This document shows, one piece after another, positions 40,296 to 49,949 of a stretch of DNA of 64,000 nucleotides; positions within the stretch are counted from its first letter, which is position 1; each line of letters starts with the position of its first letter. Below the pieces are notes generated by a model. It had not been told where the DNA came from and ran no database searches. It worked only from the letters and a program-made list of their open reading frames with translations. Origin of the DNA: an uncultured delta proteobacterium (lineage in GTDB: Bacteria > Myxococcota > Myxococcia > Myxococcales > Myxococcaceae); contig CAWCKH010000004.1 in NCBI GenBank assembly GCA_963796055.1, positions 576,001 through 640,000 of the forward strand, in the 5' to 3' direction. The translations under genes and the position numbers were made by a program.

Positions 40296-42218
40296 ATGTT
40301 GCCACCGGCCCCGCCTTTGCCGGATGCCTCCGCACAGGCTGCACTCCAGGCGATCTTCGAGGGGACCGCGAGCCAGACCGGCGAGGGCTTCTTCAAGGCC
40401 CTGGTGGAAAACCTGGCGCGGGCGCTGGGAACGCGCGGGGCGTGGGTCACCGAGTTCGACCCACGGACGCGTCGGCTCAAGGCCCTCGCCTTCTGGATGG
40501 GCGGCCAGTGGATCGAGGGCTTCGAGCAGCCGGTGGACGGCACGCCGTGCCAGGTGGTGATCGAGAACCGCCGGCTGGTGCACTTCCCCGACCGGATCCT
40601 CGAGCTCTACCCGGACGAGCCCAACGCCCGACAGATGGGGGCGGTCAGCTACATGGGGGTGCCGCTCCAGGACCTCGATGGTTCGGTGCTCGGCCACCTG
40701 GCGGTCATGGACGTCAAGCCCATGCCGGAGGAACCGGTCCGGCTGACGGTGTTCGAGATCTTCGCCGCCCGGGCCGCCGCCGAGCTCCGCCGGCTCCGGG
40801 CCGAGCGCTCGGTGCGCGCCCGGGAAGCACAGCTCGCCGGTCTGGTGGCGAGCGCGCTGGATGCCATCGTCCAGCTCGACGGCGAGCTCCGGGTGACCCG
40901 GATGAATCCCGCGGCCGAGCGGACGTTCGAGCGGCCCACCGAGCACGCCAGGGGGACGCCGCTCTCGGCGCTGGTCTCTCCCGAGGACGCCGTCCGGCTC
41001 GAGGGGCTTTCCCGAGCGCTCGGTGAGCGGCCTCCCTCGCAGCGCAGCGCCTGGGTGCCCGGCGGTTTCACCGGACTGACCGCCGGCGGCTCGACCTTCC
41101 GCGCCGAGGCGACGCTCTCGCTCTTCGAGCTGGAGGGCCAGCAGCACCTCACGCTCATTCTCCGGAACGTCGACGAGCGGCTGGAGGCCGAGCGGCGGAT
41201 CGTCTCCCTGACCGAGGAGGCCGAGTTCCTGAGGACCGAGCTGCGGGAGCTGGGGAAGTCGGGGGAGATCCTCGGCGAGAGCGAGCGGCTGCGGAGCGTC
41301 CTCGCCGAGGTCCAACAGGTGGCGCCCACCGACACCACCGTCCTCATCCTCGGCGAGACAGGCACCGGCAAGGAGCTCTTCGCCAGGGCGATCCACCAGG
41401 CCAGCCCCCGCCGCGAGAAGCCGCTGGTGAAGGTGAACTGCGCGGCGATTCCCGCCTCGCTCATGGAGAGCGAGTTCTTCGGCCACGAGCGGGGCGCGTT
41501 CACCGGCGCGACCATGCGGCGCGACGGGCGGTTCACGCTGGCCGACGGAGGCACCATCTTCCTCGACGAGGTGGGCGAGCTCCCGCTCGACCTCCAGGGA
41601 AAGCTGCTCCGCGTGCTCCAGGAGGGCGAGTTCGAGCCGGTGGGGAGCTCCCGGACGCGCACGGTGAACGTCCGGGTGGTCGCGGCGACGAACCGCGACC
41701 TCGAGCGGGCCGTGGCGGAGGGGAAGTTCCGCGAGGACCTGTTCTACCGGCTGAGCGTCTTCCCTCTCACCGTGCCCCCGCTCCGGGAGCGGGGCGACGA
41801 CGTCGTGCGCCTGGCCGAGGAGTTCGCCCGGCAGTTCGCGGCCCGCACCGGACGGCGGCTCGCGCCGCTGGACTCCGAGGGCCGGGCGCGGCTCCGCGAG
41901 TACCCCTGGCCGGGCAACGTCCGGGAGCTGCAGAACGTGATCGAGCGGGCGGTGATCACCGCCCGCGAGGGGCAGCTGAACCTCGATCGGGCCCTCCCGG
42001 CGAACGTCTCCGACGGAGGCGGAAGCCGGATGCCGGACTCGCCCGGGGTGCTCACCGCGCAGGAGCTGGCGCGGCTCGAGCGCGAGAACATCCGCCGGGC
42101 CCTGGAGTCCACGGGCTGGCAGATCGCCGGCGAGGCCGGAGCGGCGCGCTTGCTGGGCGTGGCGCCCTCGACCCTGGCCTCACGGGTGAAAGCGCTCCGG
42201 CTCCGCCGCCACCGCTGA
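40296..42218 (+). CDS. Sigma54-dependent activator, GAF-PAS-AAA+-HTH (FhlA-like)
   Basis: [47 protein letters not shown]. Confidence 0.95.
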   Translation: MLPPAPPLPDASAQAALQAIFEGTASQTGEGFFKALVENLARALGTRGAWVTEFDPRTRRLKALAFWMGGQWIEGFEQPVDGTPCQVVIENRRLVHFPDRILELYPDEPNARQMGAVSYMGVPLQDLDGSVLGHLAVMDVKPMPEEPVRLTVFEIFAARAAAELRRLRAERSVRAREAQLAGLVASALDAIVQLDGELRVTRMNPAAERTFERPTEHARGTPLSALVSPEDAVRLEGLSRALGERPPSQRSAWVPGGFTGLTAGGSTFRAEATLSLFELEGQQHLTLILRNVDERLEAERRIVSLTEEAEFLRTELRELGKSGEILGESERLRSVLAEVQQVAPTDTTVLILGETGTGKELFARAIHQASPRREKPLVKVNCAAIPASLMESEFFGHERGAFTGATMRRDGRFTLADGGTIFLDEVGELPLDLQGKLLRVLQEGEFEPVGSSRTRTVNVRVVAATNRDLERAVAEGKFREDLFYRLSVFPLTVPPLRERGDDVVRLAEEFARQFAARTGRRLAPLDSEGRARLREYPWPGNVRELQNVIERAVITAREGQLNLDRALPANVSDGGGSRMPDSPGVLTAQELARLERENIRRALESTGWQIAGEAGAARLLGVAPSTLASRVKALRLRRHR

Positions 42219-42288
42219 GGGCCGGGCACGACAGCCCCGGGCCCGGTTTCGTTGCGCCCTCTCGTTGCGGCGGACGCCACTGGCCGAC

Positions 42289-42320
42289 ACGAAAACTCGC
42301 GAAGTCGCGAAAGCTCGCGA
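42289..42320. promoter_or_regulatory. Putative upstream activator sites
   Basis: Tandem acgaaaactcgcga / gcgaaagctcgcga, about 55-90 bp upstream of the -24 box. Confidence 0.5.
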
Positions 42321-42375
42321 GCATCCTGATCGAGAGAAGCACCCTGAAAACAGCGGGTTCCGCGACGCAACCGGT

Positions 42376-42390
42376 TGGCACATCCACTGC
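42376..42390 (+). promoter_or_regulatory. Sigma54 (-24/-12) promoter
   Basis: TGGCACatccaCTGC has GG-N10-GC spacing and sits 58 bp before the ATG at 42449. Confidence 0.75.
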
Positions 42391-42448
42391 TCTCTGGCGG
42401 CACCCGCCCCGGCGATGGAGCCAGGCGTCAACCCAACCAAGGACCAGC

Positions 42449-43399
42449 ATGCAGACCAAAGACGTGAACACCACCATCGACCCTCACACCGACAGTCGCT
42501 ACGCCCGCTGCCTCGAGAACTCGCGGAAGATCCGCTGGGACATCGACAGGGACGTCATCCGTGGCCGCACGTTCGACTACTCGGGCCACTTCCTCCCCGA
42601 TGGGCTGTCGATGATCAGCCGCCTGAAGTTCCTGGGTGCCGCCGACGCCCGGCTGCTGAGCCAGATCCAGGGCCGGACCTACGCCAACATCTTCGGGCTG
42701 GTGGAGCGGTTCATCAACGCCAAGGTGCTCGAGCTGTCCCGCGAGCACTGGCTGGGCGATCAGGTGGCGCTCGAGGCCCTGGTGGGCTTCAGCCAGGAGG
42801 AGCTCAAGCACCAGGAGCTGTTCCGGCGGCTGGAGCGGATGATGGCGGAGACGATGCCCGCGGGATACCGGCTGATGGCCGATCCGGACGCCGTGGCCTC
42901 GGCGGTCCTCGGCAAGTCCACCTGGGCGGTGCTCGCACTGACCTGCCACATCGAGCTGTTCACCCAGGCGCACTACCTCGAGTCGATCCAGCCCGAGGCC
43001 TCGCTCTCCCCACTGTTCAAGGACGTCTTCCTCTTCCACTGGAAGGAGGAATCGCAGCACGCCATCCTCGACGAGGTGGAGTGGATGCGCTGCGACCAGC
43101 GCCTCACCCCGGACGCGCGCGACCGGGCGGTGGACGACCTCATTGCCCTGGTGGGCGCGGTGGACGGCATCCTCCAGGCGCAGTCCGCCGCCGACGTCGG
43201 CTACTTCCGGGCGAACGCCAGCGAGCGATTCACCGAATTGCAGGTGAAGGAGCTGGAGCTGGGAGTGCTCCGCGCCTACCGCTGGCAGTACATCGTCTCC
43301 GGCGTGCAGCACCCGCGGTTCATGAAGCTGCTCACCGGGATGATCACCCCCGCGCAGGCCGAGCGAGTGATGAAGGCGCTCGCTCCCATCGTCAGCTGA
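42449..43399 (+). CDS. Ferritin-like diiron protein (AurF-like fold)
   Basis: Paired E...EELKH and E...EESQH ligand motifs. Confidence 0.75.
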   Translation: MQTKDVNTTIDPHTDSRYARCLENSRKIRWDIDRDVIRGRTFDYSGHFLPDGLSMISRLKFLGAADARLLSQIQGRTYANIFGLVERFINAKVLELSREHWLGDQVALEALVGFSQEELKHQELFRRLERMMAETMPAGYRLMADPDAVASAVLGKSTWAVLALTCHIELFTQAHYLESIQPEASLSPLFKDVFLFHWKEESQHAILDEVEWMRCDQRLTPDARDRAVDDLIALVGAVDGILQAQSAADVGYFRANASERFTELQVKELELGVLRAYRWQYIVSGVQHPRFMKLLTGMITPAQAERVMKALAPIVS

Positions 43400-43451
43400 G
43401 CCGGCTGAGCTGGGCTCCGAGCCGTTGAGCCTGAAGCTGCCCCGCGGGCGT

Positions 43452-44399
43452 TCAGCGGGACCGGACCGCTCGCAGCGCGAGCCCCTCGTAGAGCAGCCAC
43501 GCCCCGAGGTGGCAGGTCAGGTCGGCATGGTCCAGTGCCGGGGAGATCTCGACCAGGTCCATGCCGACCAGGCGTGCGCCGGCCATTCCGCGGAGCAGCT
43601 GGAGCGCCTCGCGCGAGCTGAGCCCCCCGGGGACCGGCGTCCCGGTGCCCGGGGCGAAGGCCGGGTCGATGCCGTCCACGTCGAAGCTGACGTAGAGCGG
43701 ACGGTCGCCGATGGCCTCGCGGATCTCGCGGGCGACGTCCTCGATGCCCCGCTGCTCCACCACCGGTATCGAATACCCGTGCGCGCCGTGCGCCGCGACC
43801 AGCGCACCTTCCTCGGGGTGGCCCCAGGACGCGCGCAGGCCCACCTGGAAGAGCTGACCCGGAGCGATGAGTCCCTCGGTCAGCGCATGGCGGAGCGGCG
43901 CCCCGTGGTGGAACGGCTCGCCCCAGACCTCGGGACCACTGGTGTCCAGGTGCGCGTCGACGTGCAGCACCGACAGCGGCCCGTGCGCCGCGGCGACGGC
44001 GCGCATCGCCGGCAGCGCGACCGAGTGGTCGCCACCGGCGACGAACGGCGTCGCATCGGCGGCGACGATCGCTGCCACCTCGGTCTGGACCAGGTGCCGG
44101 ACGGCGGCCGCATCGAAGGGCGGGAAGGGCACGTTGCCGCCGTCCAGCGCCCGGAGGCTGCGGAACACGTCGAGCTGGTGGAACGGATGGAAGGTCTGGA
44201 GCAACGCGCTGGTCCGGCGCAGATGGTACGGCGCCAGCCGCGCGCCCGGCTGGTAGGTGACGGCCCCATCGTAGGGCACACCGAGCAGCACCGCGTCGAC
44301 CCCGGCATAGGGCGTGGCACTGCCCACGTCGGCCACCGGGAGCCGGAAGAACGGCATCTGTCCGTGGCGGAGGTACTCGGCGGCGGACTGCTGGGGCAT
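43452..44399 (-). CDS. speB: Agmatinase / ureohydrolase
   Basis: GVPYD, PGARLAP, GGDHS, DAHLD, SFDVDGIDPAFAPGTGTP, DLVE. Confidence 0.9.
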   Translation of the reverse strand: MPQQSAAEYLRHGQMPFFRLPVADVGSATPYAGVDAVLLGVPYDGAVTYQPGARLAPYHLRRTSALLQTFHPFHQLDVFRSLRALDGGNVPFPPFDAAAVRHLVQTEVAAIVAADATPFVAGGDHSVALPAMRAVAAAHGPLSVLHVDAHLDTSGPEVWGEPFHHGAPLRHALTEGLIAPGQLFQVGLRASWGHPEEGALVAAHGAHGYSIPVVEQRGIEDVAREIREAIGDRPLYVSFDVDGIDPAFAPGTGTPVPGGLSSREALQLLRGMAGARLVGMDLVEISPALDHADLTCHLGAWLLYEGLALRAVRSR

Positions 44400-45186
44400 C
44401 AGCGAGCCCCCCGAGCAGCCCCGAGATCTGGAACCGCACCTCGTCGGCGCAGGCCTGCGCGGAGACGAAGCGGCGTGCATCGACTGGCTCACCGAAGCGG
44501 ACCACGGCGTGGAGCGAGGGGCGGGTGGTCATCCGCCAGTAGTGCGGCAGGAACGGCGCGCCACCGACCCAGGCCGCGTCCTCGGGATGCAGGCGCAACG
44601 CCACCGGGCCCACCCGGACGCCGGCCCGCCGGGCGATGCCGAACAGCCCCCGATGGAAGGGGAGCAGCGGCCCCGAGCCGTCGGTGGTGGTCCCCTCGGG
44701 AAAGTTGAGCACCGGGACGTCCGCGGCGAGCCGGCGCAGGGCCCTCCGCAGCACCAGCGCGCCGTGGTGGGCGGAGCCGCGGCGGATGAAGAGCGTGCCC
44801 ACGTGCGCCGCCACCCGGCCGAGGAACGGCCAGCCCGCGAGCTCCGACTTGGCGATGGCGGCCAGCGGGAGCAGCGCGCCGATGACGATCGGGTCCAGGT
44901 AGCCGAGGTGGTTGGAGGCGAGCACCACCGGTCCTCTGGGCACCTGACCTCGCACCGTCACGTGCACCCCGTTGATCTCCAGCAGCCGCAGGGCGAGCCG
45001 GTGGGCGGTGCGGGCGGACTGCTGGTAGCGCTCCCTCTCCGCCATTCCGGCGGGAGGGACGGTGCGGATCTCGGTGCAGAGCGCGCCGAAGCAGGCCCGA
45101 GCCCGGCGAAGGGCGCGGGTTGCCCCCGTCGCCGACTCGACCAGCGGACGCGGTTCCCGGAGCGCGAGCGGGGAGGCTCCGCTCAC
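44399..45186 (-). CDS. Lysophospholipid acyltransferase (PlsC/OlsA-like); stop probably missed through a 1-nt indel near 44410
   Basis: NHLGYLD (HX4D), AKSE, FIRR, FPEGTT; a TGATG junction with the speB start lies one base out of frame after a G6 run. Confidence 0.85.
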
Positions 45187-45713
45187 GCCGCCCCCCGGAG
45201 CGGTGCGCTCTCCGGCGCGACCAGCCCCAGGCGCTCGTAGCGGGCGCGGAGGGCGGCGAAGCCCTCGCGGTCGATGCGGGAGACGATGCGATCGACGCCA
45301 GGGCCGTAGAAGCTGTGCCGGACCCCAACCTCCTTGCCGCCCAGCGCCGCATGGAGCGCGCGGGCCGCGGCGTTCGACTCGTCCACGGTGAACCAGCAGC
45401 TGTCCACCCGGTCCACGAGGTAGCCCACCAGCGCCCGGAGCAGCTGCACCACCACCCGGGTCCGCTGGTAGTCGGGGACCACCGCCAGGGTGGTGCAGTA
45501 GGCCTCGCGGTCCTTCACGAAGGACAGGAGATATCCCGCAGGACGATCACCGTCGAAGGCGACGAAGCAGCTCTCGCGGAAGAACTCGCAGCACAGCCGG
45601 ACGTAGTAGGGCCCGAGCAGGGCCTCGCCCTGCGCTCCGAAGACGTCCTCCTCCAGCCTCATCAGCGCGTCGAAATCTTCCGGGCAGAGCGTGCGGACGG
45701 TGTACCGCGCCAT
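45183..45713 (-). CDS. GNAT-family N-acyl/acetyltransferase
   Basis: aaggagga [29 protein letters not shown]. Confidence 0.85.
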   Translation of the reverse strand: MARYTVRTLCPEDFDALMRLEEDVFGAQGEALLGPYYVRLCCEFFRESCFVAFDGDRPAGYLLSFVKDREAYCTTLAVVPDYQRTRVVVQLLRALVGYLVDRVDSCWFTVDESNAAARALHAALGGKEVGVRHSFYGPGVDRIVSRIDREGFAALRARYERLGLVAPESAPLRGAA

Positions 45714-45814
45714 CAAGCAGTCCTCCTTCGAGGAGCGATGGGAGGCCAATATGAAGCACCGCCGTGCCAGCACGCTTGCGAGCGGGGGACATCCGGGCGA
45801 CGTGTGTGACTCGT

Positions 45815-45854
45815 CTGGATGACGCGCGTGACACGCCTGGATGACGGGCGTCAC
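45815..45854. repeat. 18-bp direct repeat with 22-bp period, putative regulator site
   Basis: ctggatgacgcgcgtgac (45815) and ctggatgacgggcgtcac (45837), 16/18 identical. Confidence 0.6.
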
Positions 45855-46052
45855 GCGGGTCCGGTCAGCGCACGGCGGATGTGCGATTCACGCGTTTAGG
45901 GGCGGCTGATCGAGATGGCCGGGACGCGGGCCGGTGAGATGGTGTGCGCACTGATCCGCGTGGCGTTCGCTCGGCGAACGGCGGTCGTTGACGGGATCGC
46001 GACGACCGCATCGCGCCGGAAACGCCCCGCTGTCATGGGCGTGTCGGGTGAT

Positions 46053-46721
46053 TCAGCGCCCGAAGAGGCGCTTCCGCTGCTTGACGCTCAGCGCGTAGAA
46101 GCGGTCCCGGAGCACGCGTGCCTCGGCCTCCGGAAGGTCGCCGCCGGGCTTGCCGTGGTCGAGCCTCCAGCCGATGGCCCGCGAGAGCGTGGCCGAGACC
46201 GCGGCCGAGACGTTCAGGCTGCGGGTGAAGCCGCGCATCGGAATCCAGAACGCCTCGTCCGCGGCGGCTAGCGCATCGGGGGTGACGCCGGTGCGCTCGT
46301 TGCCGAAGACCAGGGCCAGCGGACGGCCGAACTCCATCTCGAACACGCTGTGCGCGTCCTGGCGGACCGCGGAGACGCAGATGCGGTACCCGGCCGCGTG
46401 GAGCGCCCGGGCACAGGCAGCGAAGCTACGGTGACGGCGCACGTCCAGCCACTTGTCGCAGCCTTGCGTCACCTTGTCGTGCGGAGCGAAGGGCACGTCC
46501 GGGTTCTCCACCACGTGGACGTCCTGGAGCCCAAAGGCCTCGCAGCTGCGGAGCACCGCCGCCATGTTGAAGGTGTCCTCGAGCTGGTCGAGCACCACCG
46601 TCAGCCCCCGCAGCCGGCGCGAGACGACCGCGTCCACCTTCTCGCGCCGCGGCGGCAGCAGCAGCGAGTCGGCCGCCGGAGCGGGACGGGAAGGCGCGCT
46701 GCCGGACGGAGCGCGCTTCAT
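46053..46721 (-). CDS. trmH: TrmH/SpoU-family RNA 2'-O-methyltransferase
   Basis: NMAAVLRSCEAFG, VFGNERTG, IPMRGFTRSLNVSAA. Confidence 0.85.
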   Translation of the reverse strand: MKRAPSGSAPSRPAPAADSLLLPPRREKVDAVVSRRLRGLTVVLDQLEDTFNMAAVLRSCEAFGLQDVHVVENPDVPFAPHDKVTQGCDKWLDVRRHRSFAACARALHAAGYRICVSAVRQDAHSVFEMEFGRPLALVFGNERTGVTPDALAAADEAFWIPMRGFTRSLNVSAAVSATLSRAIGWRLDHGKPGGDLPEAEARVLRDRFYALSVKQRKRLFGR

Positions 46722-48034
46722 CGCTTGCCCTTCTTCGCCGGGGGCCGGGAGCTGGCGCGGGCCGTGCTGCGTGCGGCGGTCGCGCCCTGCCCGCTGGGGC
46801 CGGAACGGCCGGGCGCTTGACGGCGGGCGGGCGTCTTTCGGCGGGGCCTCGCGTCCGGTGTCGCGCTGGTGCCGGCCCGGCCCCGGTCGGCACGTGCGTC
46901 ACGGGGCGACTTCGGGCTCCCGGTAGACGGAGCGGTGGGCGAGGCCGATGCTGGCGGGAGGGTCGGCGTGACCGGGGCACCCGCGCGCGGGCGCCTCCTG
47001 GGCCGCCCGGCGCGCCCGAGCGTGGGGAGCGCGCCGCCCGACAGCACCTGCGCCACGGCGTCCAGCAGCGGCCCGAGCCCCTCCCCGGTCGCGGCGGAGA
47101 TGGGGAACACCGGCACGCCCCGCCGGGCCATCGCCGCCTGGAACGGCGCCAGGCGCTCGCGCGCCTCCGGGAGGTCGATCTTGTTGGCCGCGATGAGCTG
47201 CGGCTTCCCCGCCAGCTCAGGGCTGTAGCGCGCGAGCTCCCGGTCGAGCACGTCGAGATCGCGCAGCGGCGCGCGGTCCTCGCCGGGCGCCGAGAGGTCC
47301 ACCAGGTGGATCAGCACCCGGCAGCGCTCGACGTGGCGGAGGAACTGGTGCCCCAGTCCGGCGCCTTCGGCCGCGCCCTCGATGATCCCGGGGATGTCCG
47401 CCAGGACGAAGGACACCCCGTCCTTGTAGGGGACCACACCGAGGTTCGGCACCAGGGTCGTGAACGGGTAATCGGCCACCTTCGGCCGCGCGCGGGACAC
47501 CCGGGAGATGAGCGTGCTCTTCCCGGCGTTGGGGAACCCGAGCAGCCCCACGTCGGCGAGCAGCTTCAGCTCCAGTACCAGACGCCGCTCCTCACCCGGC
47601 TTGCCGTCCTGGGCGAAGCGCGGCGTCTGCCGGGTGGAGGTGGCGAAGTTCATGTTGCCGAGCCCCCCGCGGCCGCCCCGGGCGACGACGGCCCGGGCGC
47701 CGGGCTCGGCGAGGTCGGCCAGGAGCTCGCCCGAGTCCTGGTCGCGGATCAGCGTCCCCACCGGGACCCGCAGGACGAGGTCCTCGGCGGAGGCCCCGTT
47801 CATGTCGCTGCCCATGCCGTGCTGGCCGTTCTTCGCCCGGTGGTGCTGCTGGTACCGGTAGTCCAGCAGGGTGGTCAGCCCGGTGTCCGCCTCGAAGACG
47901 ACCGACCCGCCGTTGCCTCCATCACCGCCCGAGGGACCGCCCCGCTCGACGAACTTCTCACGGCGGAAAGCGACGGCGCCGTTCCCGCCGTCCCCGGCCT
48001 TCACCTGGATGGAGACCTGGTCGACGAACTTCAC
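46718..48034 (-). CDS. obgE: GTPase ObgE
   Basis: MKFVD, Gly-rich OBG fold, GFPNAGKS, YPFTT, DIPG, NKID. Confidence 0.97.
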   Translation of the reverse strand: MKFVDQVSIQVKAGDGGNGAVAFRREKFVERGGPSGGDGGNGGSVVFEADTGLTTLLDYRYQQHHRAKNGQHGMGSDMNGASAEDLVLRVPVGTLIRDQDSGELLADLAEPGARAVVARGGRGGLGNMNFATSTRQTPRFAQDGKPGEERRLVLELKLLADVGLLGFPNAGKSTLISRVSRARPKVADYPFTTLVPNLGVVPYKDGVSFVLADIPGIIEGAAEGAGLGHQFLRHVERCRVLIHLVDLSAPGEDRAPLRDLDVLDRELARYSPELAGKPQLIAANKIDLPEARERLAPFQAAMARRGVPVFPISAATGEGLGPLLDAVAQVLSGGALPTLGRAGRPRRRPRAGAPVTPTLPPASASPTAPSTGSPKSPRDARADRGRAGTSATPDARPRRKTPARRQAPGRSGPSGQGATAARSTARASSRPPAKKGKR

Positions 48035-48082
48035 GGCACGCCTAGGGTGCTGCAGCCACGCCCGGATGCTCCGGGTGCTGGA

Positions 48083-48352
48083 TCAGGCGCTGGCCGGCGC
48101 CTGGGGGTAGACCGAGACCTTCTTCCGGTCCTTGCCCAGACGCTCGTACTTCACGACGCCGTCGACGGTCGCGTACAGGGTGTAGTCGCGGCCGAGGCGG
48201 ACGTTCGAGCCCGGGTGGATGACGGTGCCCAGCTGGCGGACGAGGATGCTGCCGGCGTGAACGCTCTCGCCGCCGTACACCTTGACCCCGCGCCGCTGTC
48301 CGGCCGAGTCGCGCCCGTTGCGCGAGCTGCCCTGTCCCTTCTTGTGAGCCAT
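48083..48352 (-). CDS. rpmA: 50S ribosomal protein L27
   Basis: [16 protein letters not shown]. Confidence 0.98.
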   Translation of the reverse strand: MAHKKGQGSSRNGRDSAGQRRGVKVYGGESVHAGSILVRQLGTVIHPGSNVRLGRDYTLYATVDGVVKYERLGKDRKKVSVYPQAPASA

Positions 48353-48379
48353 GGTCCGATTCCTGGTTGGGCCCGGGGG

Positions 48380-48688
48380 TCAGCCCGCGACCGAGACGAC
48401 CTTCACTTCGGTGTAGGGCTGCCGGTGGCCCTTGCGACGCGTCCAGCCTTCCTTCTCCTTCCGGAAGTGCAGCACGCGGCGGTACCTGTCCTGGGCGAGG
48501 ATCTTCCCCACCACCTTCGCCCCGTCCACGAGCGGACGGCCGGCCTTCGGGGACTCCGTCCCGCCCAGCCAGAGCACCTCGGCGAAGGTGATCTCGCTGC
48601 CGACCTCGCCGGGAACCTTCTCGATGCGGACGACATCGCCCTCGGCGACGCGGTACTGCTTACCGCCGGTGCGGATGACTGCGTACAT
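48380..48688 (-). CDS. rplU: 50S ribosomal protein L21
   Basis: MYAVIRTGGKQYRV...GHRQPYT. Confidence 0.98.
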   Translation of the reverse strand: MYAVIRTGGKQYRVAEGDVVRIEKVPGEVGSEITFAEVLWLGGTESPKAGRPLVDGAKVVGKILAQDRYRRVLHFRKEKEGWTRRKGHRQPYTEVKVVSVAG

Positions 48689-48840
48689 CTGGACCTTGCC
48701 CCTGTCGTGAAAGGGCCGAGCGAATAGCCCGCAACCCCCCGGAAGTCAAGGCGGATGCCGGCCGTCGGAGGCCACCGGGGCGATCGGGGGGCGGGCCTCG
48801 CAACACCCGGCCCGGGTGGGGTCCTCCGCTCATGCTCTCC

Positions 48841-49191
48841 ATGAATCGTCGCGAGGTCATCTTCCGGATCGGCGGGGTGCTCCTCGCCCTCCCTGCCTCC
48901 CGGGTGCTGATGGCATGCGGTGACAGCGGCGGGGGCACGAGCCCTCAGTCGCTGACCTTCACCTCGTCGAACGACCTGGGGCACACCCACACCGTGAGCC
49001 TCCAGCTGAGCGAGATCAGCAGTCCCCCGACCGCCGGGGTCACCAAGACGACCTCGAACGACCTGGCTCACACCCACATGGTCAGCCTGACCGCCGCAGA
49101 CCTGGACACGATCAACCAGGGCAACACGGTCACCAAGACCACGACCAACGAGGACAACCACACGCACACCTTCGCGTTCCGGAAGAGCTGA
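48841..49191 (+). CDS. Small Tat-like lipoprotein with three HxH repeats
   Basis: MNRREVI, LMAC lipobox; SNDLGHTH, SNDLAHTH, NEDNHTH. Confidence 0.8.
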   Translation: MNRREVIFRIGGVLLALPASRVLMACGDSGGGTSPQSLTFTSSNDLGHTHTVSLQLSEISSPPTAGVTKTTSNDLAHTHMVSLTAADLDTINQGNTVTKTTTNEDNHTHTFAFRKS

Positions 49192-49446
49192 GCGGCGGCG
49201 CCCGACCGGCCTGGTCCTGGGCGAGGCCGCTCGAACGGAGATCGAGCCCAGGTGTCCCGAGGAGCGCGCTGGCTCTGAGCCGACGCGAGGGCTCCGGGGC
49301 GTGCGGCGGGATGGCTTGATCCCGCCTGGCCTCAGCCTCGACGGCAGGTGGGTTGCCACAGCGCGAGGCCCACACGACGCGCGGGTCCGGCAGTCCGGAC
49401 AGCAGCACTCGCGACAATCCTGAAATCCGCGGGTCGGCGGACACCC

Positions 49447-49576
49447 CGGAACGTGGAATTGCATCCTGCATCCCTGAACGATCTCTCCGGTGGGCGGGGG
49501 GGTCGTGCGGGTACGCCTTGCTCGAACGTGGAAGGGTCCGTTTCGGAACGTGGAATTGCATCCTGCATCCCTGAAC
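49447..49576. repeat. Perfect 33-bp direct repeat x2 (49447-49479, 49544-49576)
   Basis: cggaacgtggaattgcatcctgcatccctgaac occurs twice, 64 bp apart; a degenerate third copy starts at 49658. Confidence 0.9.
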
Positions 49577-49949
49577 CGCACTCCACGTTCCCGGGGCCTC
49601 ACTTCGCGGCCTGACACGACCGCTGCCCGCCACCCCCTCCGGACGGAGAGATTGTTTCGGGACGTGAAACGCAATCCAGCGTTCCCGCGGCCCGCGTTCG
49701 TGCCCGCTTCCGGCCCACGCTGACCGACGCGGAGTTCCGTGAAGTCCGCGGGTCGGGACGCAACCCGCAACCATCTGTTGCAACCCGCCCGCGCTCCGAG
49801 CGGAGGCCAGCGCGACCGAGGCAGTGCCGCCGAACCCCGCCGCACCGCCGTTCCTACGGGCGCTCCTCTTCCGGAGCCGCACGCCCGCTCGCGCACCGTC
49901 GATCCATCGAGCCACGCAACGTCGGTGCCCGCCCTCGCGGCTCGGCGCC

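Noticed and set aside
43276..45186. 636-aa acyltransferase
   Set aside because: Sequence after about residue 260 is out-of-frame agmatinase DNA; a 1-nt indel before the TGATG junction explains it
49447..49672. Canonical parS cluster
   Set aside because: Only half-sites are present; there is no complete TGTTNCACGTGNAACA-type palindrome and no parAB nearby
49447..49690. CRISPR array
   Set aside because: Only two exact repeats, spacers of 64 and 81 bp, no clear repeat palindrome, and no cas genes in the window
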